64,000 nt of DNA, from positions 35,297-99,296 of the forward strand of contig CALFTK010000021.1 of NCBI GenBank assembly GCA_937916465.1. Reading direction: 5' to 3'. Each line of letters opens with the position of its first letter. Within the stretch, counting starts at the first letter, position 1. The translations under genes were made by a program, and so were the position numbers. This DNA comes from an uncultured Bacteroidales bacterium (GTDB lineage Bacteria > Bacteroidota > Bacteroidia > Bacteroidales > Bacteroidaceae). The notes under the pieces were generated by a model. That model saw only the letters and a list, made by a program, of their open reading frames with translations, had not been told where the DNA came from and did not search any database. Positions 21,235 through 29,186 of this stretch are shown one piece after another.

Positions 21235-22683
21235 ATGGATACCAAGAAACTACGTCAAAAGATACTCGACCTTGCTATTCATGGCAAGCTTGTTTCCCAA
21301 GATCCCAACGATGAACCTGCATCGGTGTTACTTGAACGTATCCGTGCAGAGAAGGAACGACTGGTAAAAGAAGGGAAAATAAAGAAGAGCAAAGCCTCAA
21401 AAACTACCGATACGCCCCATTATGAGAACGTGCCGTTTGAGGTACCGAGTTCGTGGGAGTGGTGCAATCTGGAGGATATATGTATTTTTCTATCACGAGG
21501 GAAATCACCGAAATATTCAGAAGATGATAGAACCTACCCAGTGTTCGCTCAAAAATGTAATTTGAAGGATGGTGGTATATCATTAGAACAAGCAAGATTT
21601 TTAGATCCTTCAACAGTCACTAAATGGAACGACATTTACAAATTACAGACAGGTGACATTCTTGTTAATTCTACTGGTACAGGAACTGTCGGTAGAACAA
21701 GATTGTTTGATGTCACTTGTTTGGGAAGCTATCCTTTTGTGGTTCCAGACTCTCACGTCTCTGTTATAAGAACTTCAAACCAAATAAATTCAAAGTTTAT
21801 TTTTGCCTATATATCATCTAAATTTATCCAACAATATCTAGAAGAGAATCTTGCAGGAAGTACAAACCAGAAGGAATTATACATAGGAGTCTTATCAACT
21901 CTTCGTATTCCAATCCCTTCTTTTACCGAACAAGAACGTATTGTCGCAGAAATAGAGAAGTGGTTTGCTCTTATAGATCAGATTGAACAAAAAAAAGGCG
22001 ATTTACAAGCTACCATCAAACAGACAAGAAGTAAGATTCTCGACCTTGCCATCCACGGCAAACTCGTACCACAAGACCCCAACGATGAACCTGCTTCGGA
22101 ATTGCTCAAACGTATAAAACCTAAAGCGGAAATCACTTGTGATAACGGGCAGTATGGGAAGTTACCAGAGGGATGGTGTTTGGTAACTGGTACAACTCTA
22201 TTCAAACAGATGAAATCCTCTAAACCAAAAGGAGAACTTTTTAAGTATATTGACATTGACTCTATAGATAATAAGTCTAATATTGTGTCCTCTATCAAAG
22301 AAATACCCACTGTAAAAGCCCCAAGTAGAGCAAGCAGATATACAGAAAAAGGAGATGTGGTTTTTTCAATGGTTAGACCATATTTAAGAAATATTGCCCG
22401 AATAACGGAAAACGATTGCATTGCATCAACAGGCTTTTATATATGTAGTCCTTACAATTATATGCATTCTATGTTCTGCTATTATTTAATGCTTTCGGAT
22501 TATGTCGTTGATGGTCTTAACTCCTTTATGAAAGGTGATAATTCACCATCCATAACGAAAAGAGATGTTGATAATTGGTTATATCCTTTACCACCGATGA
22601 ATGAACAACATCGTATTGTCGTTAAAATTGAGGAAATCTTTACCCTCCTTGATAGGATTGAATTGTCACTCAGAATGTGTTGA
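21235..22683 (+). CDS. hsdS: Type I R-M specificity subunit, expressed locus (CR1-TRD A-CR2-TRD B-CR3)
   Basis: 482 aa. The conserved segment KILDLAIHGKLV.QDPNDEPAS occurs at the N-terminus and again in the centre. There are two variable TRDs, and the gene is the last member of the operon. Confidence 0.9.
   Translation: MDTKKLRQKILDLAIHGKLVSQDPNDEPASVLLERIRAEKERLVKEGKIKKSKASKTTDTPHYENVPFEVPSSWEWCNLEDICIFLSRGKSPKYSEDDRTYPVFAQKCNLKDGGISLEQARFLDPSTVTKWNDIYKLQTGDILVNSTGTGTVGRTRLFDVTCLGSYPFVVPDSHVSVIRTSNQINSKFIFAYISSKFIQQYLEENLAGSTNQKELYIGVLSTLRIPIPSFTEQERIVAEIEKWFALIDQIEQKKGDLQATIKQTRSKILDLAIHGKLVPQDPNDEPASELLKRIKPKAEITCDNGQYGKLPEGWCLVTGTTLFKQMKSSKPKGELFKYIDIDSIDNKSNIVSSIKEIPTVKAPSRASRYTEKGDVVFSMVRPYLRNIARITENDCIASTGFYICSPYNYMHSMFCYYLMLSDYVVDGLNSFMKGDNSPSITKRDVDNWLYPLPPMNEQHRIVVKIEEIFTLLDRIELSLRMC
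21409..21462. repeat. Shufflon inverted repeat IR1, copy a (end of CR1 in hsdS)
   Basis: The reverse complement of 25629-25682 matches at 49 of 54 positions by my count, with a 20-bp perfect core gatacgccccattatgagaa. Confidence 0.8.
22129..22151. repeat. Shufflon inverted repeat IR2 core, copy a (end of CR2 in hsdS)
   Basis: 23-bp perfect match (gaaatcacttgtgataacgggca) to the reverse complement of 24973-24995. It sits within a roughly 200-bp imperfect inverted similarity. Confidence 0.8.
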
Positions 22684-22745
22684 GCACTATTGTATAAAAA
22701 TGCCAAGGAGATATCACATCTCCCTGGCACATCCTTAAAGAAAAT

Positions 22746-22985
22746 TTATCCACGAGGTGGAAATGGGTCGTTTCCATGAGAGTCACGTTCTCTTATACAT
22801 CCATCTCGTCAATGCACAAACAGTTCCGTGTGTTGATTTTTAGAAATAGAACGAGCGAGTGCGATGGCCTCTGCTTGGGTTGCATGATAAGACGTCATTC
22901 GACTATTGCCAGCTCCTTTCACACCCCATTTCCCATTTGACGGAACAACATGTTGATTCTTACCAATTTTAACACCTCCTCTCAA
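22746..22985 (-). pseudogene. DUF2188-family small protein gene, disrupted by an in-frame TGA with no ATG at the expected start
   Basis: My translation is ..KIGKNQHVVPSNGKWGVKGAGNSRMTSYHATQAEAIALARSISKNQHTELFVH*RDGCIRERDSHGNDPFPPRG*. The internal stop is at 22811-22809. AGGAGG sits 7 nt upstream of an ATT at 22967-22965. Confidence 0.6.
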
Positions 22986-23106
22986 GGATGATATTTACAA
23001 GATCATTTGTATGTCCCATTATACTATTACAAACAATATGTCTACATATATTTAATGTCAAAAAGGATGTAAATTCCTTATTGATATGATATTATGGCAT
23101 ATTTGC

Positions 23107-23910
23107 TCACCAATTCACCACCTTATCTACAATCTTTTGCTGTTCGCTTGCAGTTCGACGTAGATAGATACGAGTCGTTTCTATGCTTTCATGACCCATC
23201 AGGTCAGCAAGTAGGGCAAGGTCATTGAAACGGTCGAGGAAGTTCTTAGCAAAACGATGACGGAATGAATGGGGATAAACAACTTCCCTGTTCATTCCGT
23301 ACTTGTCTGCAAAATGCTTTAACTGTTGAGCTATGCCACGTGTAGTAATGCGTTCGCCAAATCGATTGAGGAAGATGTAACCAGAAGAGCGTCCTTGTTC
23401 TTTTAGCCATTTAGTGGCTTCTAATCTCAGGTTCTTCGGAATATACAAACGACGTATCTTTCCGCCCTTGCTATAAAGGTCAAGATGCCCAATCAGCACG
23501 TGTTCTGCTTTGATATGAAGCAGTTCACTGACACGTGCTCCTGTAGCTGCCATAAACCACACTACAAAATACCATTCATCATAACCATCTGCTTTGAGTC
23601 GTGCTTTGAGAAACTTGTAATCGGCATCACTGATTACATTTTCCAAGAAGTTCTTCTGTTGGACTTTTACGAATTTCACTTTCAGTTTCTCTTGCTTTGT
23701 AAATTCAAGATACTTGTTGATGCCTTGCAAACGTAGGTTTACGGTCTGTGGTTTGAAGTTCTCTACTAAATACCCTTTGTATGCCAAAAGGTTCTTTTTG
23801 TTGACTTCCCCATAATGACTGAGAAAATACTGTACCGTCCATACATAAGAAGTAACGGTGTTCTTTGCCAAATTAGTCTTGGCCAGATTGTCTTTGAATT
23901 TTGTTACCAT
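23107..23910 (-). CDS. Tyrosine site-specific recombinase (shufflon invertase)
   Basis: 267 aa with catalytic-signature residues ATGARVSEL (Arg), HSFRHRFA (His-x-x-Arg) and GHESIETTRIYL (His...Tyr). It lies between hsdS and the silent cassettes. Confidence 0.85.
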   Translation of the reverse strand: MVTKFKDNLAKTNLAKNTVTSYVWTVQYFLSHYGEVNKKNLLAYKGYLVENFKPQTVNLRLQGINKYLEFTKQEKLKVKFVKVQQKNFLENVISDADYKFLKARLKADGYDEWYFVVWFMAATGARVSELLHIKAEHVLIGHLDLYSKGGKIRRLYIPKNLRLEATKWLKEQGRSSGYIFLNRFGERITTRGIAQQLKHFADKYGMNREVVYPHSFRHRFAKNFLDRFNDLALLADLMGHESIETTRIYLRRTASEQQKIVDKVVNW

Positions 23911-23959
23911 ACTACATTGAAATTAAAATGAATACAGTATCAATATAAAGAAGACGTAT

Positions 23960-23981
23960 CGGGCATTATCAGAACTTGCCT
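23960..23981. repeat. Shufflon inverted repeat IR3, copy a
   Basis: 22-bp perfect match (cgggcattatcagaacttgcct) to the reverse complement of 24957-24978. Confidence 0.8.
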
Positions 23982-24446
23982 AGTTCGTGGTGTGTTGCGC
24001 CCATGGGAATACTGTGTTCTTTAAGCGACGGGGAGAAGCAAACAGGTGTAGAAAGAATAAATCTTGATGTCAAATATTTGAGGGGTGAGCGTGATGCCAA
24101 AACTCTAGCAGTAGGTAAGTTCACACCAGCAAATTCACTTCTGATATTGGTTGACGGAGAAAATTCTGGAGAAGTTTTCAGGACTCCAATTGAGGGTTAT
24201 CAAGGCAGTACTTTCAAGCAACTGTCTATAAAAGATGATATGAATACAGACTATGTCCTGCAAGTTATAAACTTACATCGTAAGACACTGAGAGAAAATA
24301 AGGTAGGCTCTGCAATTCCGCATCTGAACAAAAAACTGTTTAAAGAAATAGAAGTACCAATTCCTCCTTACAAAGAACAACAAAGGATAGTCGAAACCAT
24401 AAATCATGCATTTAAGCATCTTGATACAATAATGGAGAGCCTATAA
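23976..24446 (+). other. Silent hsdS half-cassette (TRD E plus CR3); no start codon or promoter of its own
   Basis: It begins in mid-motif (..GHYQNLPSSW..) at a TTG and ends with the hsdS C-terminal consensus PPYKEQQRIVETINHAFKHLDTIMESL. Confidence 0.8.
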
Positions 24447-24460
24447 ACTCTCCATTATTG
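24427..24460. repeat. Perfect 13-bp inverted repeat at the tail-to-tail junction of the two silent cassettes
   Basis: caataatggagag (24427-24439) and ctctccattattg (24448-24460) are separated by 8 nt. Both arms encode ..IMESL, and the two stop codons overlap. Confidence 0.85.
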
Positions 24461-24956
24461 CGTCTAATTGAGCAAATGTCTTTCTAACTGCACTTACGAT
24501 TCTTTCTTGTTCTCCCAATGGAGGCAAAAGAAAATCAAAATTGCCTATTACGTTAGCACTGATATTAGGTTGTGCACCACCATAAGCCAGTTTTAGTATT
24601 TCTTCCACTTTTGACCGCATAAAACAATCCCTGTACGATGCTAGCAATATGGAATCATCTAAGATACGTATGTTCGCAACTCGTTGGTTCAAATATACTG
24701 TTTCTTCATATGAATAAACTCCCATTTTACCGGTTGTAGCTCCTGACATTGCGATCAACAAATCGCCCTTGGTTACAATAAATCTGTCATCTACTTTTTC
24801 CTGAATATAAACACACTCTGTTAAATCGATGGAATTGTTCACTATATTAGATATGCGTATTAACGGTACACCTTCTGTCATGTAATCATTGCTGCTAAAG
24901 GCAAAACCATTTTCAATTTTACACAAATCGGAAAGCTTACATACTCCCCATCCTTC

Positions 24957-24978
24957 AGGCAAGTTCTGATAATGCCCG
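24957..24978. repeat. Shufflon inverted repeat IR3, copy b
   Basis: Reverse complement of 23960-23981. Confidence 0.8.
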
Positions 24979-24995
24979 TTATCACAAGTGATTTC
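24973..24995. repeat. Shufflon inverted repeat IR2 core, copy b
   Basis: Reverse complement of 22129-22151. Confidence 0.8.
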
Positions 24996-25628
24996 GGCAT
25001 TTGGATTGATACGTTTGAGCAACTCTGATGCAGGCTCGTCACTTGGGTCTTGCGCTACAAGTTTGCCTTGTATAGCAAGGTCAAGAATTTTAGATTTGGT
25101 TTGTTTGATCGCTGTTAGTAAATCTGTCTTTTCTCGTTCTATTTGCTCTATCAAAGCAAACCATTTCTCTATTTCTGCTACAATTCGGATTTGCTCTGCA
25201 AGTGGAGGAAGAGGAAATAATAACTTTGCAAAATTTCCTTTGTTTAATATTGGAAGAGTAGTTGCTGAGGCATTAAATTTTATTTCATCCTGAAAATAAT
25301 CTGATGTGCACACATCATATATGAATTCCGCTAAAATGAAATCATGAGGAATTATTGCGTTTATTTGTTGATTACAACTACCTTCAATTGTTATTAGCCC
25401 TGTTTTTCCAATAGTTGCACCAATACAAGTAATTAATACTGATTTTACAGGTAGTTTTCGAGCTTGTTCAAATCCTAATAATGAAAGATGATCACTTGCT
25501 CTTTTCACGCATTTTCCTTGTTCTAAATCTGTTGGTTTATAAAATGGTATATCACCGCCATAGTATTCAGGAATATCTTTAGAAGGGGTACTACCTGTAA
25601 CGATTTCACCAATATTCCCGACCTCCGT

Positions 25629-25682
25629 CCACTCCCACGAACTAGGAATTTCAAACGGCACATTCTCATAATGGGGCGTATC
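25629..25682. repeat. Shufflon inverted repeat IR1, copy b
   Basis: Reverse complement of 21409-21462 with 5 mismatches. Confidence 0.8.
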
Positions 25683-25720
25683 AGAAGCGCAATACTATAT
25701 AAACAAAGCACTTCTAATTA

Positions 25721-25834
25721 TTATCTTCTCCTTCTGGTGTTATTATCATTCTTCTTCTCTCCCCAAGGCATATTAGACGATGAGCCGCCTCCACCTGTTC
25801 CAACATGAGTCTGTGCTGGACCACCAGAGAGCAT
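25721..25834 (-). CDS. 37-aa Gly/Ser-rich, Arg-tailed small ORF (hypothetical)
   Basis: My translation is MLSGGPAQTHVGTGGGGSSSNMPWGEKKNDNNTRRRR. The ATG sits 8 nt downstream of the 82-nt repeat element, which ends in AAGGAG. Confidence 0.25.
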   Translation of the reverse strand: MLSGGPAQTHVGTGGGGSSSNMPWGEKKNDNNTRRRR

Positions 25835-25842
25835 CTCAAATT

Positions 25843-25924
25843 CGGTTATCTCCTTCGTTTTACGTTTGCACCGGCTTTGCCGACAGCAAACACGAAGTCG
25901 ATGGGTCTCTTCGAGACAAATCTC
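25843..25924. repeat. 82-bp direct repeat, copy 2 (right island boundary); hairpin-rich on the minus strand
   Basis: Identical to 12902-12983. Confidence 0.95.
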
Positions 25925-25985
25925 GTTAGTTGTTAAAGAAACTTAAAAAGCGGGTAGGATTTATTGTTTTTCGATAAAAGAGATA

Positions 25986-25993
25986 TACTTTTG
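25986..25993 (+). promoter_or_regulatory. -7 promoter box (TACTTTTG) for the DUF2975-HTH operon
   Basis: TAnnTTTG match 31 nt upstream of the ATG at 26024. Confidence 0.45.
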
Positions 25994-26008
25994 TATCGTT
26001 AAACGATA
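25994..26008. promoter_or_regulatory. 15-bp palindrome tatcgttaaacgata, candidate operator
   Basis: Perfect 7-1-7 palindrome immediately after the -7 box, upstream of an operon that encodes its own HTH protein. Confidence 0.35.
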
Positions 26009-26023
26009 AAAAATTATTGAATT

Positions 26024-26509
26024 ATGAAACAAGACTTATCAAAACGTATGACTGTACTAACAGTTATTGTGATTCTTTTTGGCGTGCTAAGTATAGTGGC
26101 AACGCTAATAGCAACAGGAAATACAGTAGGGCTTTTTAGCATAGGTAGCGGAACTGTACCCACTATTGATTGGGATGGTGAATTTCTGGTATGGAAGATT
26201 TTAATGTTGCTGGGACTTGTTGTATCGGGGCTTGCAACAAATATTTTATTGATAGCATTTATGTGGAATACAGTAAGGCTGATTAAGAGCGGTGAATTCT
26301 TTTCGCATCTCAACACAAAAATATTGTGGTGGTTAGTTCCATTAAGCTTTTTAAATGACTTTTTAGGAAATAATGCTGATATGCTATTTAAGGATACATC
26401 ATTAACAATATCACTTTGGTCTATTTTTACACCTCTTTTAATAGCAGTAGTGGCTTTAATCTATTCAACAGGAGTATTGCTTACTGAAGAAAACCGTTTG
26501 ACAGTTTGA
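26024..26509 (+). CDS. DUF2975-like small membrane protein
   Basis: 161 aa with 4 predicted TM helices, followed by a YozG-type HTH gene. This is the classic DUF2975/HTH gene pair. Confidence 0.6.
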   Translation: MKQDLSKRMTVLTVIVILFGVLSIVATLIATGNTVGLFSIGSGTVPTIDWDGEFLVWKILMLLGLVVSGLATNILLIAFMWNTVRLIKSGEFFSHLNTKILWWLVPLSFLNDFLGNNADMLFKDTSLTISLWSIFTPLLIAVVALIYSTGVLLTEENRLTV

Positions 26510-26540
26510 TAATCAGGTATTAACAAAATAAAAGAATGTT

Positions 26541-26744
26541 ATGTCAATAATAGTGAATGTAGATGTGATGTTAGCTAAACGTAAGATGAGTTCTGGCGAA
26601 CTGGCTGAAAAAGTAGGTATTACGGCAGCTAATCTTTCAATATTAAAGACCGGTAAGGCGCGTGCTATTCGTTTTTCCACTCTGGATGCAATATGTAAGG
26701 CTCTTGATTGTCAGCCCGGAGATATACTGGAGTATCGCGATTAA
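26541..26744 (+). CDS. XRE/YozG-type helix-turn-helix transcriptional regulator
   Basis: 67 aa: MSIIVNVDVMLAKRKMSSGELAEKVGITAANLSILKTGKARAIRFSTLDAICKALDCQPGDILEY. Confidence 0.85.
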   Translation: MSIIVNVDVMLAKRKMSSGELAEKVGITAANLSILKTGKARAIRFSTLDAICKALDCQPGDILEYRD

Positions 26745-26808
26745 ATTTTGTGGTTCTCAATTATTTTGTAATTTCGCGCTGAAGACTAATATTAAGTAGT
26801 TTAAGCGT

Positions 26809-27966
26809 ATGGAACAGAGTAGAAGAGATGTAGATAGATTGGCCAGATGCATAATGATTGCGGCTGCAGTATCATTAGTGGGCTTTTTATGCTGGTTTTT
26901 CAGAGATATTATAGCATATATATTGGTAGCGGTAGTAGTATCACTAATAGCTAATCCTATAGTGAAACTGCTAAAGAAGATACATATAAAAGGTAGATAT
27001 ATACCGGGATGGATGTCGGCAGCGTTGGCTTTGATCATTGTAATAGGACTTCTGCTGGCAATAATCTTTCTGGTAGTTCCTATAGTGAGCGGTATAGTTA
27101 AAAACATATCGGTAACCAACATAGAAAGCTCCGCTAAAAGTATTGCTGTTCCGTTAGCAGATTTTAATGCCTTTTTAAGAGATAGCTTCTCTTCATTAGG
27201 TCCCGATTTCCGTATAGAAGTTGCCATAATTCAGGAACTGCAGAAGCTGTTCGATACATCGCGTATATCGTCTATAATTGGTTCGGCAGCATCGTTTATT
27301 ACCAGTTTTGGTGTAGGAATATTTTCTGTAGTATTCATTAGTTTCTTCTTTATAAAAGATGATTCTCTATTCACTAAAATACTATGTGCACTGGTTCCCG
27401 ATAAGCATGAAAAGACCGTTGAAAAGGCAATTTCTGATATTGAATATCTGCTTTCAAGGTATTTTGTGGGTGTGCTGGTGCAGGTAATGGGAGTAACATT
27501 GGTAAACTTTCTGGGATTGTTCTTTATAGCCAGATTAGGTTTCCATTCATCCATAGGAATAGCGTTTCTAACAGGAATATTCAATATTATTCCGTACATA
27601 GGTCCATTGTTGGGTGGTGCATTGGGAACAGTTTTCGGTTTGGTTCTAAAATATACAAGTGTAGTTCCGGTTGGATTGGATGTAAGTTTCTGGTTCTTTA
27701 CCGCTGTTTTGATAGCAATATTCTGCTTTACACAGTTTATGGACAACTATCTGTATCAACCGCTCATTTACTCTACAAGCATTAAAGCAAAGCCTTTGGA
27801 GGTCTTCTTTGTAATGTTGATAGTGGGTTATGTAGGCGGACCTTTAGCCATGATTATTGCAATACCAATATATACAGTATTCAGAGTTATTGCTTTCCGC
27901 TTCTTTGGCCATATAAAAGCAATACGGAAACTAATCCCATCCGAGGATTTGATTTCCAACGATTGA
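26809..27966 (+). CDS. AI-2E family transporter (PerM/UPF0118)
   Basis: 385-aa polytopic membrane protein with the characteristic segment NIIPYIGPLLGG. Confidence 0.8.
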   Translation: MEQSRRDVDRLARCIMIAAAVSLVGFLCWFFRDIIAYILVAVVVSLIANPIVKLLKKIHIKGRYIPGWMSAALALIIVIGLLLAIIFLVVPIVSGIVKNISVTNIESSAKSIAVPLADFNAFLRDSFSSLGPDFRIEVAIIQELQKLFDTSRISSIIGSAASFITSFGVGIFSVVFISFFFIKDDSLFTKILCALVPDKHEKTVEKAISDIEYLLSRYFVGVLVQVMGVTLVNFLGLFFIARLGFHSSIGIAFLTGIFNIIPYIGPLLGGALGTVFGLVLKYTSVVPVGLDVSFWFFTAVLIAIFCFTQFMDNYLYQPLIYSTSIKAKPLEVFFVMLIVGYVGGPLAMIIAIPIYTVFRVIAFRFFGHIKAIRKLIPSEDLISND

Positions 27967-28049
27967 TAGCTGTGCAGATTATCTCTTTTGTAAGAGGTAT
28001 ATCTTGTTTTTTTTTCATATCTTCGCTAAAATTTTAACAATTTGTTCAA

Positions 28050-29186
28050 ATGGCAGTAAAGGTTGTTGCAATCGATGCAAATTCAAGACGTGAATTAAAG
28101 CGATTTATAAGGTTTAATGATAAGCTATATAGGGGTAATCCTTACGCAGTTCCCGAACTCTATTTCGATACATTCGATACATTGAACCCAAAGAAAAATG
28201 CAGCATTCAGTTTTTGTGACGCACAATATTTTTTAGCTTACAAAGATGATGAACTGGTTGGTCGCGTTGCTGCCATTATCAATCACAAAGCAAACAAAAT
28301 CTGGGGTACAAATACAGTGCGCTTTGGATGGATAGATTTTATTAACGATTTAGAGGTTTCAAAAGCGCTTTTAGATACTGTTGCAGAGTGGGGTAAGGAG
28401 CGTGGAATGGATGAAATAGAGGGACCTTTTGGGTTTACTGATTTCGACCCTGAAGGCATGCTTACAGAAGGTTTTGACCAATTAGGAACGCTTGTAACCA
28501 TATACAACTATGCTTACTATCCGGAGCATATGCGTAAACACGGACTGGAAGAATCGGCTAAATGGATAGAGATGAAACTAACCGTTCCTGATGAAGTACC
28601 GGAAAAGCATACTCGCGTGGCCGCACTTGTAAAACAGAGATATGGTTTGCGTACAGAACATTGTAAATCGGTTAGAGAACTGGCCAACAAATATGGCAAG
28701 CAGATTTTTAAATTGCTGAATGAAGCATACGCCTGCCTATATGGTTATTCAGAACTATCTCCGGAACAGATTGAACTATACATAGATATGTACGTTCCAA
28801 TCTTAGACCGCAGAATGATATCAATGGTTGTAGATTCTAACGATAATTTAGTGGCTGTAGGAATATCTATGCCTTCACTATCGGAAGCTTTGCAAAAAGG
28901 CCACGGTCTGATGTTACCATTTGGATGGTGGTATCTGCTGAAAGCTCTATTTATAAAGCGTCCTAAAGTGTTGGATCTGATGATGGTAGCCGTAAAACCG
29001 GAACTTCAAAATAAGGGTATAAACGCTCTGCTTATGGAAGAACTTGTACCAAACTATAAAGCTATGGGCTTTGAATATGGTGAAACAAATCCGGAACTTG
29101 TAACCAACACAAAAGTACAGTCTATGTGGGAGTTCTATAAACCGGAAATACATAAACGTAGAGCAACTTTCAAAAAGAGTATATAA
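28050..29186 (+). CDS. GNAT-like acyltransferase-family protein, paralogue 1
   Basis: 378 aa. The C-terminal VAVKPELQNKGINALLMEEL resembles GNAT motif A. It is clearly alignable with the next gene along its full length. Confidence 0.5.
   Translation: MAVKVVAIDANSRRELKRFIRFNDKLYRGNPYAVPELYFDTFDTLNPKKNAAFSFCDAQYFLAYKDDELVGRVAAIINHKANKIWGTNTVRFGWIDFINDLEVSKALLDTVAEWGKERGMDEIEGPFGFTDFDPEGMLTEGFDQLGTLVTIYNYAYYPEHMRKHGLEESAKWIEMKLTVPDEVPEKHTRVAALVKQRYGLRTEHCKSVRELANKYGKQIFKLLNEAYACLYGYSELSPEQIELYIDMYVPILDRRMISMVVDSNDNLVAVGISMPSLSEALQKGHGLMLPFGWWYLLKALFIKRPKVLDLMMVAVKPELQNKGINALLMEELVPNYKAMGFEYGETNPELVTNTKVQSMWEFYKPEIHKRRATFKKSI

Larger units (their letters stand above)
24441..25682 (-). other. Silent hsdS cassette (CR1 tail-TRD C-CR2-TRD D-CR3) lacking the N-terminal conserved region
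   Basis: The frame reads ..DTPHYENVPFEIPSSWEW.. and continues to ..EQERIVSAVRKTFAQLDAIMESL. There is no ATG, and the track start at 25661 is a GTG inside the motif. The central IVAEIEKWFALIEQIE...KILDLAIQGKLVAQDPSDEPASELLKRI mirrors hsdS. Confidence 0.85.

Noticed and set aside
21262-22115. The direct repeat inside hsdS (the CR1 versus CR2 coding segments KILDLAIHGKLV.QDPNDEPAS) as a separate anomaly.
   Set aside because: This internal duplication is the normal two-fold architecture of type I specificity subunits. I note it only as context for the shufflon.
23107-23910. The 267-aa tyrosine recombinase as the integrase that placed the island in the tRNA.
   Set aside because: It is small and lacks an extended N-terminal arm-binding region. 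It sits inside the hsdS cassette array between inverted repeats, so the shufflon-invertase role explains it better. A dual role cannot be formally excluded.
23976-24446. The track's 156-aa ORF as an independent gene starting with Met.
   Set aside because: The 'start' is a TTG in the middle of the conserved ..NLPSSW.. hsdS motif, with no promoter. It is a silent TRD cassette, annotated as such.
25721-25945. A double-glycine-leader (RiPP or bacteriocin precursor) reading of the frame through the 82-mer (..KRKTKEITEFEMLSGG-PAQTH..).
   Set aside because: The frame is open back to a TAA at about 25943. However, it contains no ATG, GTG or TTG upstream of the ATG at 25834. No processing, transport or modification genes are nearby. 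The resemblance is too weak to report as a finding.
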